A stretch of DNA of 33,665 nucleotides from Candidatus Omnitrophota bacterium (GTDB taxonomy: Bacteria; Omnitrophota; Gorgyraeia; Gorgyraeales; JBBIOC01). Below are positions 24,797 through 33,665 of this stretch, one piece after another. How positions within the stretch are numbered: position 1 is the first letter of the stretch; each line of letters begins with the position of its first letter. The stretch is from contig JBBIOC010000001.1 of the NCBI GenBank assembly GCA_037443585.1, forward strand, positions 1-33,665, written 5' to 3'. The notes under the pieces were generated by a model. It saw only the letters and a list, made by a program, of their open reading frames with translations, was not told the origin of the DNA and searched no databases. The position numbers were made by a program, and so were the translations under genes.

Positions 24797-25738
24797 TTAA
24801 GGGTTGCGGGCTGCCTCAGAAAAGTATTGAAGAGTAAGTCTGAGGCCTTCTTCGAAGTCAATCTTTGGGGAAAACTTAAGGAGTCTTTCTGCCTTTGTAA
24901 TATCTGCAAGAGTGTGCTTAACATCGCCAGGACGTGGCGGGGTAAATCGGGGCTTTATATCCTTTTTTAGAATCTTATTTAAGGTTTTTACTATATCGAG
25001 GACTGAGATAGCCTTGCCGCAGGCTATATTAAAGACCTCCCCTGATATATTTGAAGCAAAAGCAGCCTTCAGATTTGCCTCAACCACATTATCAATATAA
25101 GTAAAATCACGGGTCTGTCTGCCATCGCCGTGAATGGGCGGAGGCTCATCTTTTAACATACAGGTAATAAACTTAGGTATTACTACAGCATATTGATTCT
25201 CTAAGCTCTGGCGCGGGCCAAAGACATTGAAGTAACGCAGGGATGCTGTCTCAAGGCCAAAAACCTTAGAAAATATCCGACAATAATGCTCGCCAGCTAA
25301 TTTTGTGGCAGCATAAGGAGAGATGAGTTGAGGATAAAAATCCTCTTGCTCGGGAAGCTTTTCAGTCTCGCCATAGATAGAGCTGGAAGAGGCAAAGATA
25401 AACCTCTTTACCTTCGCTTCTAAAGCAGCTTGTAATATAGTAAGAGTGCCATTTATATTGACATCATTATAAAGAAAGGGGTTCTCCAAAGATTTCGGCA
25501 CAGAGCGCAGCGCAGCCTGATGAAAGATATAATCTATGCCTTGAACAGCCCTTCTTGCAATATCCTTGTCTCTTATATCTCCTTCTATAAGCTCTATCTT
25601 ATCCAGCACTTCGCTGAGATTCTCGCGAGTTCCTGAGCTGAAGTCATCTAAGACTATAACCTTATCGCCATTTCTGACTAAGGCATCTACTATATGCGAA
25701 CCAATAAAACCCGCACCACCAGTAACAAGAAATCTCAT
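24797..25738 (-). CDS. NAD-dependent UDP-sugar 4-epimerase (GalE/WbpP/TviC-like SDR)
   Basis: The motifs are [33 protein letters not shown] (YxxxK), RYFNVFGPRQ and GDGRQTRDFTYIDNV. I prefer ATG 25738. The track's GTG at 25747 would put the start inside the 25747..25769 palindrome. Confidence 0.8.
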   Translation of the reverse strand: MRFLVTGGAGFIGSHIVDALVRNGDKVIVLDDFSSGTRENLSEVLDKIELIEGDIRDKDIARRAVQGIDYIFHQAALRSVPKSLENPFLYNDVNINGTLTILQAALEAKVKRFIFASSSSIYGETEKLPEQEDFYPQLISPYAATKLAGEHYCRIFSKVFGLETASLRYFNVFGPRQSLENQYAVVIPKFITCMLKDEPPPIHGDGRQTRDFTYIDNVVEANLKAAFASNISGEVFNIACGKAISVLDIVKTLNKILKKDIKPRFTPPRPGDVKHTLADITKAERLLKFSPKIDFEEGLRLTLQYFSEAARNP

Positions 25739-25746
25739 AATATTCA

Positions 25747-25769
25747 CTATGGGAGTCGGACTCCCATAG
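25747..25769. repeat. palindromic element CTATGGGAGTC-G-GACTCCCATAG (compact copy)
   Basis: Perfect 11-nt arms at 25747..25757 and 25759..25769, between the dehydrogenase stop (25775) and the epimerase start. It shares CTATGGG and CGGACTCCCATAG with the element at 19357..19392. Confidence 0.8.
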
Positions 25770-25774
25770 TCTGA

Positions 25775-27076
25775 CTATATCTTTACTATTTTTTTATCCT
25801 TAAACTCCTTCAGCACATTCCGCGTATCTACAATAAGTTTGGAATTATCAAGGACAAACTTATAATCCAATTCAGAGTGGTCTGTAATAATCACTGTGCA
25901 ATCTTTTAAGCTTAAATCCTTTTTAGTCAATTTTACTGATTCAAGGCTCATCCCATTAACCTGAAGCCTTGGAACAAATGGGTCATGATAAGATACCTCT
26001 GCGCCCTTTTTTTGAAGTAGTGTAATTATTTCAAGCGCAGGCGATTCTCTTGTATCGCTTACGTCTTTTTTATATGTCACCCCCAATATTAGAATCTGGG
26101 AACCCTTTAATGATTTTGAATTCTCATTCAGGCCGCTCGCAATCCTTTCAACTACAAAATTTGGCATATATGAGTTTATCTGTGAAGCCAATTCAATAAA
26201 ACGCGCCTCAAAGCCGTGCATGCGTGCCTTCCAGGAAAGATATATGGGGTCTATCCCGATGCAATGTCCGCCTATGCCTGGCCCGGGATAAAAAGGCATA
26301 AACCCAAATGGTTTTGTCTTTGCAGCATTAATCACCTCCCACACATCAATCCCTAATTTGTTGCACATAAGCGCAATCTCATTTACCAGACCTATATTTA
26401 CTATGCGGTATGTATTCTCTAAAAGCTTTACCATCTCAGCAACCCTCGTTGAAGAAACCGCAATAACCTCATTTATTATCTGACTGTATAAAAGTCTTGC
26501 AAGTTCAGTGCAATTCTTGGTAACGCCACCTACGACTTTAGGAATATCCTTAGTCTTATAAATCTTATTTCCCGGGTCCACCCGCTCTGGCGAAAAGGCA
26601 AGAAAAAAATCCCTGCCGGCCTTGAAATCTTGCGAATCTAATTTTGGCAGAATCACCTCTTCTGTTGTCCCAGGATAGGTAGTGCTTTCAAGGACTATAA
26701 GTTTTCCCTTTGTTAAGTTCTTAGCAATCTCATCAGTTGCAGAGATGATATATGAGATATCAGGCTCGCGGGTCTTGCGCAAAGGCGTAGGCACGCATAT
26801 TATTATGACGTCCATCTCTTTTAGAATCTCTGTATCAGATTGGGCTTTGAGGATTTTCTTTGATACCAGAGCCTTAACTTCCTCTGAGGAGACATCCAGA
26901 ATATAGGAAAGGCCTTTATTAATCCTAAGAATTCTCTCTTTATCTGTATCTACGCCTGTTACAGAAAAGTTTGCCTTTGCAAATTCAACTGCCAAAGGTA
27001 GCCCGACGTAACCCAGCCCAATAATGCCTATCCTTGCCTTTTTATTTAATAATTTCTCTTTAGTCTTTTCAAACAC
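25775..27076 (-). CDS. UDP-N-acetyl-hexosamine 6-dehydrogenase (WecC/WbpA/WbpO/TviB/Cap5O-type nucleotide-sugar dehydrogenase)
   Basis: 433 aa with Rossmann N-terminus IGIIGLGYVGLPLAVEFA. The catalytic-Cys motif GPGIGGHCIGIDP is the HexNAc-dehydrogenase form, unlike the Ugd form GGSCFPKD. It lies next to the WbpP/TviC-like epimerase. Confidence 0.85.
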   Translation of the reverse strand: MFEKTKEKLLNKKARIGIIGLGYVGLPLAVEFAKANFSVTGVDTDKERILRINKGLSYILDVSSEEVKALVSKKILKAQSDTEILKEMDVIIICVPTPLRKTREPDISYIISATDEIAKNLTKGKLIVLESTTYPGTTEEVILPKLDSQDFKAGRDFFLAFSPERVDPGNKIYKTKDIPKVVGGVTKNCTELARLLYSQIINEVIAVSSTRVAEMVKLLENTYRIVNIGLVNEIALMCNKLGIDVWEVINAAKTKPFGFMPFYPGPGIGGHCIGIDPIYLSWKARMHGFEARFIELASQINSYMPNFVVERIASGLNENSKSLKGSQILILGVTYKKDVSDTRESPALEIITLLQKKGAEVSYHDPFVPRLQVNGMSLESVKLTKKDLSLKDCTVIITDHSELDYKFVLDNSKLIVDTRNVLKEFKDKKIVKI

Positions 27077-28028
27077 CTTTAAGCCTCCTCCACCATTTAG
27101 GGTTTTTTCTATACCAATCTATTGTCTCTTTCAGGCTAAACTCGAAATTGTGTTTTGGACTCCACCCAAGACCACTTATCTTTGTTGAATCAAGTGAATA
27201 CCGCCTATCGTGACCAGGCCTGTCTTTTACATATTGTATAAATCTCTTGGGTTTTCTAAGAAACTTCAATATGAGTTCGGTAAGTTTTATGTTTGGAATT
27301 TCAAAACTACCGCCAATATTATAAATCTCGCCAATCCTGCCTTTGTGCAGTACTAAATCTATTGCTTCACAATTATCCTTAACATAAAGCCAGTCACGGA
27401 CATTCAAACCATCGCCGTACAATGGAACCTTTTTATCTTCAAGAAGGTTTGTTATAAAAAGCGGGATAATCTTTTCTGGATACTGATATGGGCCGAAATT
27501 ATTGCTCGACCTTGTAATAATTACAGGGGCTCTGTAGGTAGTATAGTAAGCGAGTGCAAGATGGTCTGCAGCTGCCTTTGATGCGGCATAGGGGCTGTTG
27601 GGATGAAGTGGGTCAGTCTCCCTAAAAGAGCCGCTTGCAATACTGCCATAGACCTCATCAGTCCCTATTTGAATAATTAGTGTAAGTTTATTTGTTTTAA
27701 CAGCCTCCAAGAGAACCTGTGTTCCTTTTACATTTGTGTGTATAAAATCTGATGGGTCAATGATTGAACGGTCTACATGGGTTGCAGCAGCAAAATTCAA
27801 GATTGCATCGCACCCTTTAGAAATTTTCTTGACCAGCTCAAAATCACAGATGTCCCCCCTAATAAATCTATACCGTGAGTCTTTCTCTAACTCGCAGAGA
27901 TTTTCCAAATTCCCACAGTAGGTAAGTTTATCCAAATTTATGACTTTATAGTCAGGATATCTATTGAGGATATGCCGTATAAAATTTGACCCAATAAAAC
28001 CGCATCCGCCTGTTACAAGTAACTTCAT
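27069..28028 (-). CDS. rmlB: dTDP-glucose 4,6-dehydratase
   Basis: 319 aa with MKLLVTGGCGFIGSNF, THVDRSI, GTDEVYG, SPYAASKAA, NNFGPYQYPEKIIP and GDGLNVRDWLYV. Confidence 0.9.
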   Translation of the reverse strand: MKLLVTGGCGFIGSNFIRHILNRYPDYKVINLDKLTYCGNLENLCELEKDSRYRFIRGDICDFELVKKISKGCDAILNFAAATHVDRSIIDPSDFIHTNVKGTQVLLEAVKTNKLTLIIQIGTDEVYGSIASGSFRETDPLHPNSPYAASKAAADHLALAYYTTYRAPVIITRSSNNFGPYQYPEKIIPLFITNLLEDKKVPLYGDGLNVRDWLYVKDNCEAIDLVLHKGRIGEIYNIGGSFEIPNIKLTELILKFLRKPKRFIQYVKDRPGHDRRYSLDSTKISGLGWSPKHNFEFSLKETIDWYRKNPKWWRRLKGV

Positions 28029-28045
28029 ATATTTTCTACACCCCT

Positions 28046-28088
28046 AAAAAGTTTACATTTCTGTCACTGTCAAAAATGTAAACTTTTT
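28046..28088. other. perfect 15-bp A/T-rich inverted repeat spanning the rmlA stop codon, just upstream of rmlB
   Basis: AAAAAGTTTACATTT at 28046..28060 pairs with AAATGTAAACTTTTT at 28074..28088 around a 13-nt loop. The right arm encodes the rmlA C-terminus (KSLHF-stop). On the minus-strand RNA the stem is followed directly by AGGGG and the rmlB ATG. Confidence 0.7.
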
Positions 28089-28801
28089 TGTTTCTTGGCT
28101 ACTAGATTATTTGCCCGCAATAGCGATTCGTGCGTGCCGCAATCGGTCCACCAGCCATCCAATATATCGAATGTCATCTCGTTATGGGCAATATAGTCAT
28201 TATTTACATCGGTAATCTCTAGTTCCCCCCGCTTAGAAGGTTTTATGTTCCTTATTATCTCAAAGACCCTTGAGTCATACATATAGATACCAGTGACAAT
28301 TAGATTTGACTTTGCCTTTTTAGGCTTCTCAGTTATCTTTATGATTCTATTTCCCTTTACCTCTGCTACGCCAAAACGCTCCGGGTCATCGACCTTCTTT
28401 AATATAATCTTTGAGCCCTTTGGCTGTTTCTTAAAATCCTCAACATATCTTTTTATGCCTTTTTCAATTAAATTATCCCCTAAGATTACAACTATCTTTC
28501 CATTATCTGCAAAATGCTCTGCGAGGCCCAATGCCTCTGCAATCCCGCCTTCGCCCTTCTGATATGTATAATTTAAGTGCTTGAGCCCAAATTCTGCTCC
28601 ATTCCCTAAAAGCCTTAAAAATTCACCTGCGTGATTTCCACCAGTAACTATTAAAATATCTCTTATTCCTGCATCAACCAAGGTTTGAATCGGATAATAT
28701 ATCATTGGCATTCGGAAAACGGGCAAGAGATGCTTATTTGTTATGCGCGTGAGCGGCTCAAGCCGCTTTCCAAGCCCACCGGCAAGTATGACACCTTTCA
28801 T
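28070..28801 (-). CDS. rmlA: glucose-1-phosphate thymidylyltransferase (short form)
   Basis: 243 aa. By eye it is collinear with E. coli RmlA: GVILAGGLGKRLEPLT, NKHLLPV, MPMIYYPIQTLVDAGIRDILIV, DPERFGVAEV, EKPKKAKSNLIVTGIYMYD, KPSKRGELEITDVN and WTDCGTHESL. Confidence 0.85.
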   Translation of the reverse strand: MKGVILAGGLGKRLEPLTRITNKHLLPVFRMPMIYYPIQTLVDAGIRDILIVTGGNHAGEFLRLLGNGAEFGLKHLNYTYQKGEGGIAEALGLAEHFADNGKIVVILGDNLIEKGIKRYVEDFKKQPKGSKIILKKVDDPERFGVAEVKGNRIIKITEKPKKAKSNLIVTGIYMYDSRVFEIIRNIKPSKRGELEITDVNNDYIAHNEMTFDILDGWWTDCGTHESLLRANNLVAKKQKSLHF

Positions 28802-29247
28802 GATTTTCTCCAGTCATAAGGTATATCATTCTCAAACGCATCTATCCTATACTCATCAGGTTCTTCTCTATTATAAGGAAGCGTTGGCACATTTATGACG
28901 ATTGCCTCTGTATTGCTGATACATTTAAAACCATGATAAACATTAGGCGGAATCTGTATGAGAATAGGTTCATCTAAATTCATAATAAATTCATTCAATT
29001 CTTTATGTGAGGGCGAATCTTTTCTATCATCGTATAAGGCAAGTTTTATTATACCAGATACACAGGCAAAATTATCAGTTTGTTTTTTGTGGCAATGCCA
29101 GGCCTTGACTACTCCAGGCTTAGCGGTCGTTATATATACCTGTCCGAATCTCTGAAATATCTCATCGTCATTGCGCAAAATCTCCATCAACCTTCCGCGC
29201 TCATCAGGAATAATTCTTAGTTTTTTAATCTTCACGCCTTTTATCAT
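28798..29247 (-). CDS. rmlC: RmlC-like cupin, putative dTDP-4-dehydrorhamnose 3,5-epimerase (short family)
   Basis: 149 aa with PDERGRLMEI, VKAWHCHKKQTDNFACVSGIIKLALYDDR and PPNVYHGF. It overlaps rmlA as ATGA and abuts ugd with no gap. Confidence 0.65.
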   Translation of the reverse strand: MIKGVKIKKLRIIPDERGRLMEILRNDDEIFQRFGQVYITTAKPGVVKAWHCHKKQTDNFACVSGIIKLALYDDRKDSPSHKELNEFIMNLDEPILIQIPPNVYHGFKCISNTEAIVINVPTLPYNREEPDEYRIDAFENDIPYDWRKS

Positions 29248-30540
29248 TTATGACCTACCTATCGAGACATACCTAAACCCCATCTCTTTCATCTTCTCGG
29301 GTTCATATATATTTCTTCCATCTATAATCAATGGCTGTTTGAGCAATTTTTTTATTCTGCGAAAATCTAATTCTTTAAACTCATTCCATTCTGTTACTAT
29401 TACAAGGGCATCACTACTCTTAGCCACCTCATATGGATTTCTACAGAATTCTACCTTCTTTAGAATAAGTTTTGCCTTTTCCATAGCCTGTGGGTCATAG
29501 GCCTTTATCTTTGCGCCGCTTTCTAAGAGAGAATTGATTATGTTGATAGAAGGTGCATTCCTCAAATCATCTGTGCCTGGTTTAAACGAAAGGCCCAAAA
29601 TCCCTATTCTTTTATCCTTCAAAATCCAGAGCGATTCTTCAATCTTTCTTATAAAAAAAGCCCTCTGCTCATTATTAATCTTTTTAACCGCTTTGAGCAG
29701 ACCAAAATCATATCCCAATTTTGCAGCTATCTGGATAAAGGCATCCACATCCTTTGGAAAACAGGAACCGCCATAACCTATGCCGCTTTCTAGAAACTGT
29801 CGGCCTATCCTTTTATCATAGCCCATCGCCTCTGCCACCTTTGTAATATCCGCCCCAGAGCGCTCGCAGATATTCGCTACTGCATTTATAAAAGAGAGCT
29901 TTGTTGCAAGAAATGAATTGCAAGCATGTTTTATTATCTCAGCACTCTTTATATTTGTTATAACAATAGGCACATTGAAGGTCTCATAAAGATTCAAAAT
30001 GAGCTCCTCAGCTCTCTTTGATTCAACACCTATTACTATTCTCTCAGGATGCATAAAATCTTCGATTGCAGAGCCCTCCCTTAGAAACTCTGGGTTTGAG
30101 GCAACATCAAACTTTATCTTCTTTTTTATATTAATCTTAATAGTATGCTCGACCCATCTCCCTGTTTCTACTGGAACTGTGCTCTTTTCAACAATAAGTT
30201 TGTAAGAGGTGATGTACCTAGCAATCTGACGTGCAACATTCTCAACATAAGAGAGGTCTGCTTCGCCGTTTGGCCTTGAAGGCGTCCCAACTGCAATAAA
30301 GATAATCTCAGAATTTCGGACTCCTTCTTTGATACTGGTCGAAAATTTAAGATTTCTTTCCTTAACGCATCTCTTCACCATTTCTTCAAGCCCAGGCTCA
30401 TATATAGGCATAATCGATTTCTTAAGCATCTGAATCTTTTTTGTATCGCTGTCAACGCATATTACATGATTTCCTAAATCTGCAAAACAAGCCCCTGTCA
30501 CCAAACCAACATATCCTGCTCCAATTACACAGAGTTTCAT
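29248..30540 (-). CDS. ugd: UDP-glucose 6-dehydrogenase
   Basis: 430 aa with MKLCVIGAGYVGLVTGACFADLGNHV, the catalytic-Cys motif GGSCFPKDV, and EPGL. Confidence 0.9.
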   Translation of the reverse strand: MKLCVIGAGYVGLVTGACFADLGNHVICVDSDTKKIQMLKKSIMPIYEPGLEEMVKRCVKERNLKFSTSIKEGVRNSEIIFIAVGTPSRPNGEADLSYVENVARQIARYITSYKLIVEKSTVPVETGRWVEHTIKINIKKKIKFDVASNPEFLREGSAIEDFMHPERIVIGVESKRAEELILNLYETFNVPIVITNIKSAEIIKHACNSFLATKLSFINAVANICERSGADITKVAEAMGYDKRIGRQFLESGIGYGGSCFPKDVDAFIQIAAKLGYDFGLLKAVKKINNEQRAFFIRKIEESLWILKDKRIGILGLSFKPGTDDLRNAPSINIINSLLESGAKIKAYDPQAMEKAKLILKKVEFCRNPYEVAKSSDALVIVTEWNEFKELDFRRIKKLLKQPLIIDGRNIYEPEKMKEMGFRYVSIGRS

Positions 30541-30552
30541 ATAGACACCTTG

Positions 30553-32685
30553 CTATTTCGGCCTACGGTAATAATCCTTAAATGCAAATGGCAATTTCGG
30601 AGAGGCCTTGAGTTTCATTGTAAAATAAAATGCTGTCCCTAAATCCCTGTCCACAGTAAATGTAAATTCACCTATCCAGCAGTGGAGGTCTTTTGTGATG
30701 GAAACCTCCCTCTCCCCAAACCTATTTATATCCTTTCCTCCTGTTGAGGTTACCTCTTTTAAATCAAATCGAGTAAATGTCCTGAAAGCCCACTGTGGAT
30801 TAAGCCTATATATTACTTCAGCTGTCAACTCGTGTTCTGAATTCTGCCAGTATCTTGAACCAAAACCAATTCTCAAATCCTCCCCCTTGTCTAAATATAT
30901 ATCAAGGTTCCAGTTCTGGAAATCCTTTGAAGGGGGGTCATACTTTGTATCTGATTCTATCCGCAACCAATTATACGGAATAAACTCAAGGTCTCCATAA
31001 AAGTTAGAAAATTCACTACCTTTTTCAGACTTATAAAGGTAGTCGCCAGTTATCAGAAGATAACCTAACTCATAATTTCTTAAAGCGCCTTTCTCTAATC
31101 TTTTGGTCTGTAATTTATTTTCAAAGCCAAAGGTAAATATATTCTTTCTGGCAAGTGTATCTAGGTCATCAAAATTCTGAAGCTCTGAAGCTGAGATAGT
31201 TGGCTCATGGATATATTTATACTCTAAGGTGGGTGTTAAGATATGGCGCAATCTATTTATCTGGATGCCTAAAGGGTTTCCTGAATAATTATGAGTCTTA
31301 TATAATTTTGTACTCAAATCCACACCTGTATAAAATGCCCCTCTTGTCTTATCCTCATCCCCATTCAGAGCCTTACTATAAAAACTCTGCCTTGTCCCAA
31401 TAAAAGGGACAACATTCAATGCGCCTTTTATCCTGTCAGGTGCAAAAGAGATTTCATTGTATGTATCAAATCTCGCTACGTCCGAATCATCGCTTGAATC
31501 TCCATTCTTTTTATTTAGATTCGCAATGCTGGTATCCCCTTTATAATAAAGGTGTGTATCCCATAACCTCTGACTCTTTATATCAAGCTTTGCCTCTGGC
31601 AGGCGCTCAGTAACAGTCTGAAACCTATTAACGCGTTTCTTTGTTAATAGACTCAAAGAATAGTCTGATTGAGTATCTAAAAGATAGAGATATGATTCAG
31701 GGGTTGAATCCTTCTCAAACTCTTCCCTGTAAAAAAAGTCCTTTGTAAAATTAGCATCAGAGAGTTCATGGTATTCTAATAGTGCATACTTTGAAGGGTC
31801 TATATCCCATCTATGCCTGACTTGGGCCCTGTAACGTTGCTCCTCCCCCCTCGAACCATCTGAACGCGCTCTATCCCTCTGAAAAGTATAATAGAACCGC
31901 AATAGTCCACCGCCAAAATTATGTGAAAGATATTTAAAATCCAGGCCTTCAGCCAGGCCCCAGTTCTCTCGTTCATCCAGGCGCAGGTTTATCTTATTAT
32001 CATCGTTTATATTATACCTATAATTTGTAAGCAGGAATGCTCCCCAATCCTTCTTTCTGCCAGGCAGGGCTGAAATAGAAGGCCAATCTGCTTTTAAGGA
32101 ATAGTTATATGAAGGTAGATAAAGTAAGGGGAGATTTCCAACGCTCATGACTACATTCTTTGCAACAACTTTATTATCAGGGTAGATTGTTATATTCTTT
32201 GAGCGAATCCTGTAATGGGGGTTTGGCAGGTCGCAACTTGTGATATAGCCTTCTTTTACCTCAAATTCCTTTTCAGATTTTATCTGGACCTCTTTTCCAA
32301 CTGCCCGCCATTCGCCAAGGCTTGCTTCTGAGTTTAAAATTATTCCCTTTTTTGTACCAAAATTATAATTAATTCGTTCGCCTTTCAAGACCCCGATGAG
32401 CCCTTTTAAAACCACATTCCCTACTGCCTCTACATCCTTTGTATCCATAAAGACAACTACCCTGTCACAGGTAAGTCTTGCATCCTCGTATTCAATAACT
32501 ATATTCCCAGAGCCCACTACCTTTTTTTCTTCAGGAAAATATTCCACCACTTCGCCATTGACTTCGATTGGCCGCTTCTTCATCTCTTCCTGAGCAAACA
32601 CAGATTCTAACCTGGTTAGAATTGTCAGATTACAAAGGGAAAATAATAAAAAAAATTTAAAAAAAATCTTTAACCAGGTTAACAT
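30553..32685 (-). CDS. lptD: LPS-assembly outer-membrane protein LptD (OstA family)
   Basis: 710 aa with a signal sequence. The OstA_N-like region is VVGSGNIVIEYEDARLTCDRVVVFMDTKDVEAVGNVVL, followed by YITSCDLPNPHYRIRSKNITIY and VGNLPLLYLPSY. A long beta-barrel-like C-terminal part follows. Confidence 0.85.
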   Translation of the reverse strand: MLTWLKIFFKFFLLFSLCNLTILTRLESVFAQEEMKKRPIEVNGEVVEYFPEEKKVVGSGNIVIEYEDARLTCDRVVVFMDTKDVEAVGNVVLKGLIGVLKGERINYNFGTKKGIILNSEASLGEWRAVGKEVQIKSEKEFEVKEGYITSCDLPNPHYRIRSKNITIYPDNKVVAKNVVMSVGNLPLLYLPSYNYSLKADWPSISALPGRKKDWGAFLLTNYRYNINDDNKINLRLDERENWGLAEGLDFKYLSHNFGGGLLRFYYTFQRDRARSDGSRGEEQRYRAQVRHRWDIDPSKYALLEYHELSDANFTKDFFYREEFEKDSTPESYLYLLDTQSDYSLSLLTKKRVNRFQTVTERLPEAKLDIKSQRLWDTHLYYKGDTSIANLNKKNGDSSDDSDVARFDTYNEISFAPDRIKGALNVVPFIGTRQSFYSKALNGDEDKTRGAFYTGVDLSTKLYKTHNYSGNPLGIQINRLRHILTPTLEYKYIHEPTISASELQNFDDLDTLARKNIFTFGFENKLQTKRLEKGALRNYELGYLLITGDYLYKSEKGSEFSNFYGDLEFIPYNWLRIESDTKYDPPSKDFQNWNLDIYLDKGEDLRIGFGSRYWQNSEHELTAEVIYRLNPQWAFRTFTRFDLKEVTSTGGKDINRFGEREVSITKDLHCWIGEFTFTVDRDLGTAFYFTMKLKASPKLPFAFKDYYRRPK

Positions 32686-33644
32686 CTTTCTCGCACTAAC
32701 TCAGCTGCACCAATAATGCCTGCATCCTCCCCGAGTTTGGCAGGGACTATCTTGACATCTCTTCGCGGAAAAGCCATTGCCCTGACTCTGATAGCATCTC
32801 TTACAGGGCCAAAAACAAACCTTCCTGCCTTGCTCATCCCGCCGCCAATTATTATCCTCTCAGGATTTAAAAGATTTATAACGCCGCTGAGGCAGATTCC
32901 TAATCTTGTGCCTGCCTCACGCCAGACTCTCTTTGCAAGTCTATCTTTTAATCTTGCTGCTTTTGTTAAAATCTCAGGGGTAAGTTTTGAAAGCCTTCCA
33001 GAGACAAGTTGTGAAATTATCTTGGAAGGCTCTTTTTTCAGCAATCTTTTTGCCTCTTCAATAAGATATCTATTGCCTACATACCTTTCAATGCATGCAC
33101 TCCCACCGCAGTTGCACTTAGGTCCATATTCATTTATCGGGATGTGACCTATTTCTCCAGCAACCATTGAACTGCCTCTATACAGTCTGCCCTCTATGAT
33201 TAAGCCGCCGCCAATGCCTGTCCCTAAAGTCAGACAAACTAAATTCTTAGAACCCTTTCCTGCGCCGAATCTGAATTCGCCCAAGGTTACCACATTTACA
33301 TCATTATCAATAGCCACAGGCAAGCCTAATCTCTTCTCAAGGATTCTCTTCAATTTCACATTCCTCCAGCCCCTTATATTGACCAGATAATGGATAATGC
33401 CTTTCTTTGAATCAACAAGACCTGGCACGCCAATACCGACTCCAATAATATTATTCAGTTTTATTCGTGATTGAGAGATTATATCATTTATATTTTTTCT
33501 AAGGATTTCTATTAAGGTCTTTTTCGTCTTATAAGTACTTGTCGGGATAGTCCTTTTAAAATAGACCTTTCCTTGATTATCAACCAATCCAATTTTGATA
33601 AATGTTGCGCCAAAGTCTACGCCGACTGCATAAGACTCTTTCAT
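32679..33644 (-). CDS. ROK family sugar kinase (glucokinase-like)
   Basis: 321 aa with GVDFGATFIKIG, LGTGIGGG and the ROK zinc motif GHIPINEYGPKCNCGGSACIERY. It overlaps lptD as ATGTTAA. Confidence 0.85.
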   Translation of the reverse strand: MKESYAVGVDFGATFIKIGLVDNQGKVYFKRTIPTSTYKTKKTLIEILRKNINDIISQSRIKLNNIIGVGIGVPGLVDSKKGIIHYLVNIRGWRNVKLKRILEKRLGLPVAIDNDVNVVTLGEFRFGAGKGSKNLVCLTLGTGIGGGLIIEGRLYRGSSMVAGEIGHIPINEYGPKCNCGGSACIERYVGNRYLIEEAKRLLKKEPSKIISQLVSGRLSKLTPEILTKAARLKDRLAKRVWREAGTRLGICLSGVINLLNPERIIIGGGMSKAGRFVFGPVRDAIRVRAMAFPRRDVKIVPAKLGEDAGIIGAAELVRERC

Positions 33645-33665
33645 AATTTAAACCCTAATTTTACA

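Noticed and set aside
1981-33390. All plus-strand ORFs in the track (60-143 aa), and the minus-strand ORFs 5568..5750, 24174..24362 and 24742..24924
   Set aside because: Each lies entirely inside, or antisense to, a long minus-strand gene with clear family motifs. The products are low-complexity (S/F/I/L-rich), and none has a recognisable motif or RBS. They are typical shadow ORFs of an AT-rich genome.

Overview
All 30 credible genes lie on the minus strand, many overlapping by 4-25 nt. Together they form a surface-glycan biosynthesis and export locus from an AT-rich bacterium that encodes LptD (so diderm) and is probably anaerobic and uncultivated. The GC-richer right part (about 16.7-33.6 kb) starts with a ROK sugar kinase and lptD. 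It then carries nucleotide-sugar genes (ugd, an rmlC-like cupin, rmlA, rmlB, a UDP-HexNAc dehydrogenase plus 4-epimerase, uxs, gmd) and export genes (Wzi-like barrel, a 912-aa multi-SLBB Wza/OPX, a short Wzz/PCP). The much more AT-rich left part (1-16.7 kb) holds a Wzy- or GT-C-like membrane protein, a Wzx flippase, a GT2, a GT4, and a polyprenyl-phosphate-type GT2 next to an edge-truncated GT-C enzyme that is missing from the ORF track. It also holds three class I SAM methyltransferases, a membrane-anchored transglutaminase-like protein and a second sugar cupin. The most unusual content is three paralogous B12-binding radical SAM enzymes plus a twitch/SPASM-type radical SAM enzyme, interleaved with the GT and flippase genes. 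I read this as a candidate radical-chemistry glycan-tailoring module of unknown product. A second oddity is an AT-rich ~1 kb two-gene cassette between wza and gmd: a minimal nucleotidyltransferase-fold protein and a translationally coupled 59-aa ORF, bracketed by short-repeat clusters and hairpins. Several short intergenic repeat and palindrome families are visible, along with one good sigma70-like promoter. I saw no rRNA, tRNA, CRISPR array, transposase or integrase. No initiating phosphoglycosyltransferase, rmlD, GDP-sugar reductase or BY-kinase lies in the window. All functional calls come from motif recognition by eye; no database search or computation was possible.
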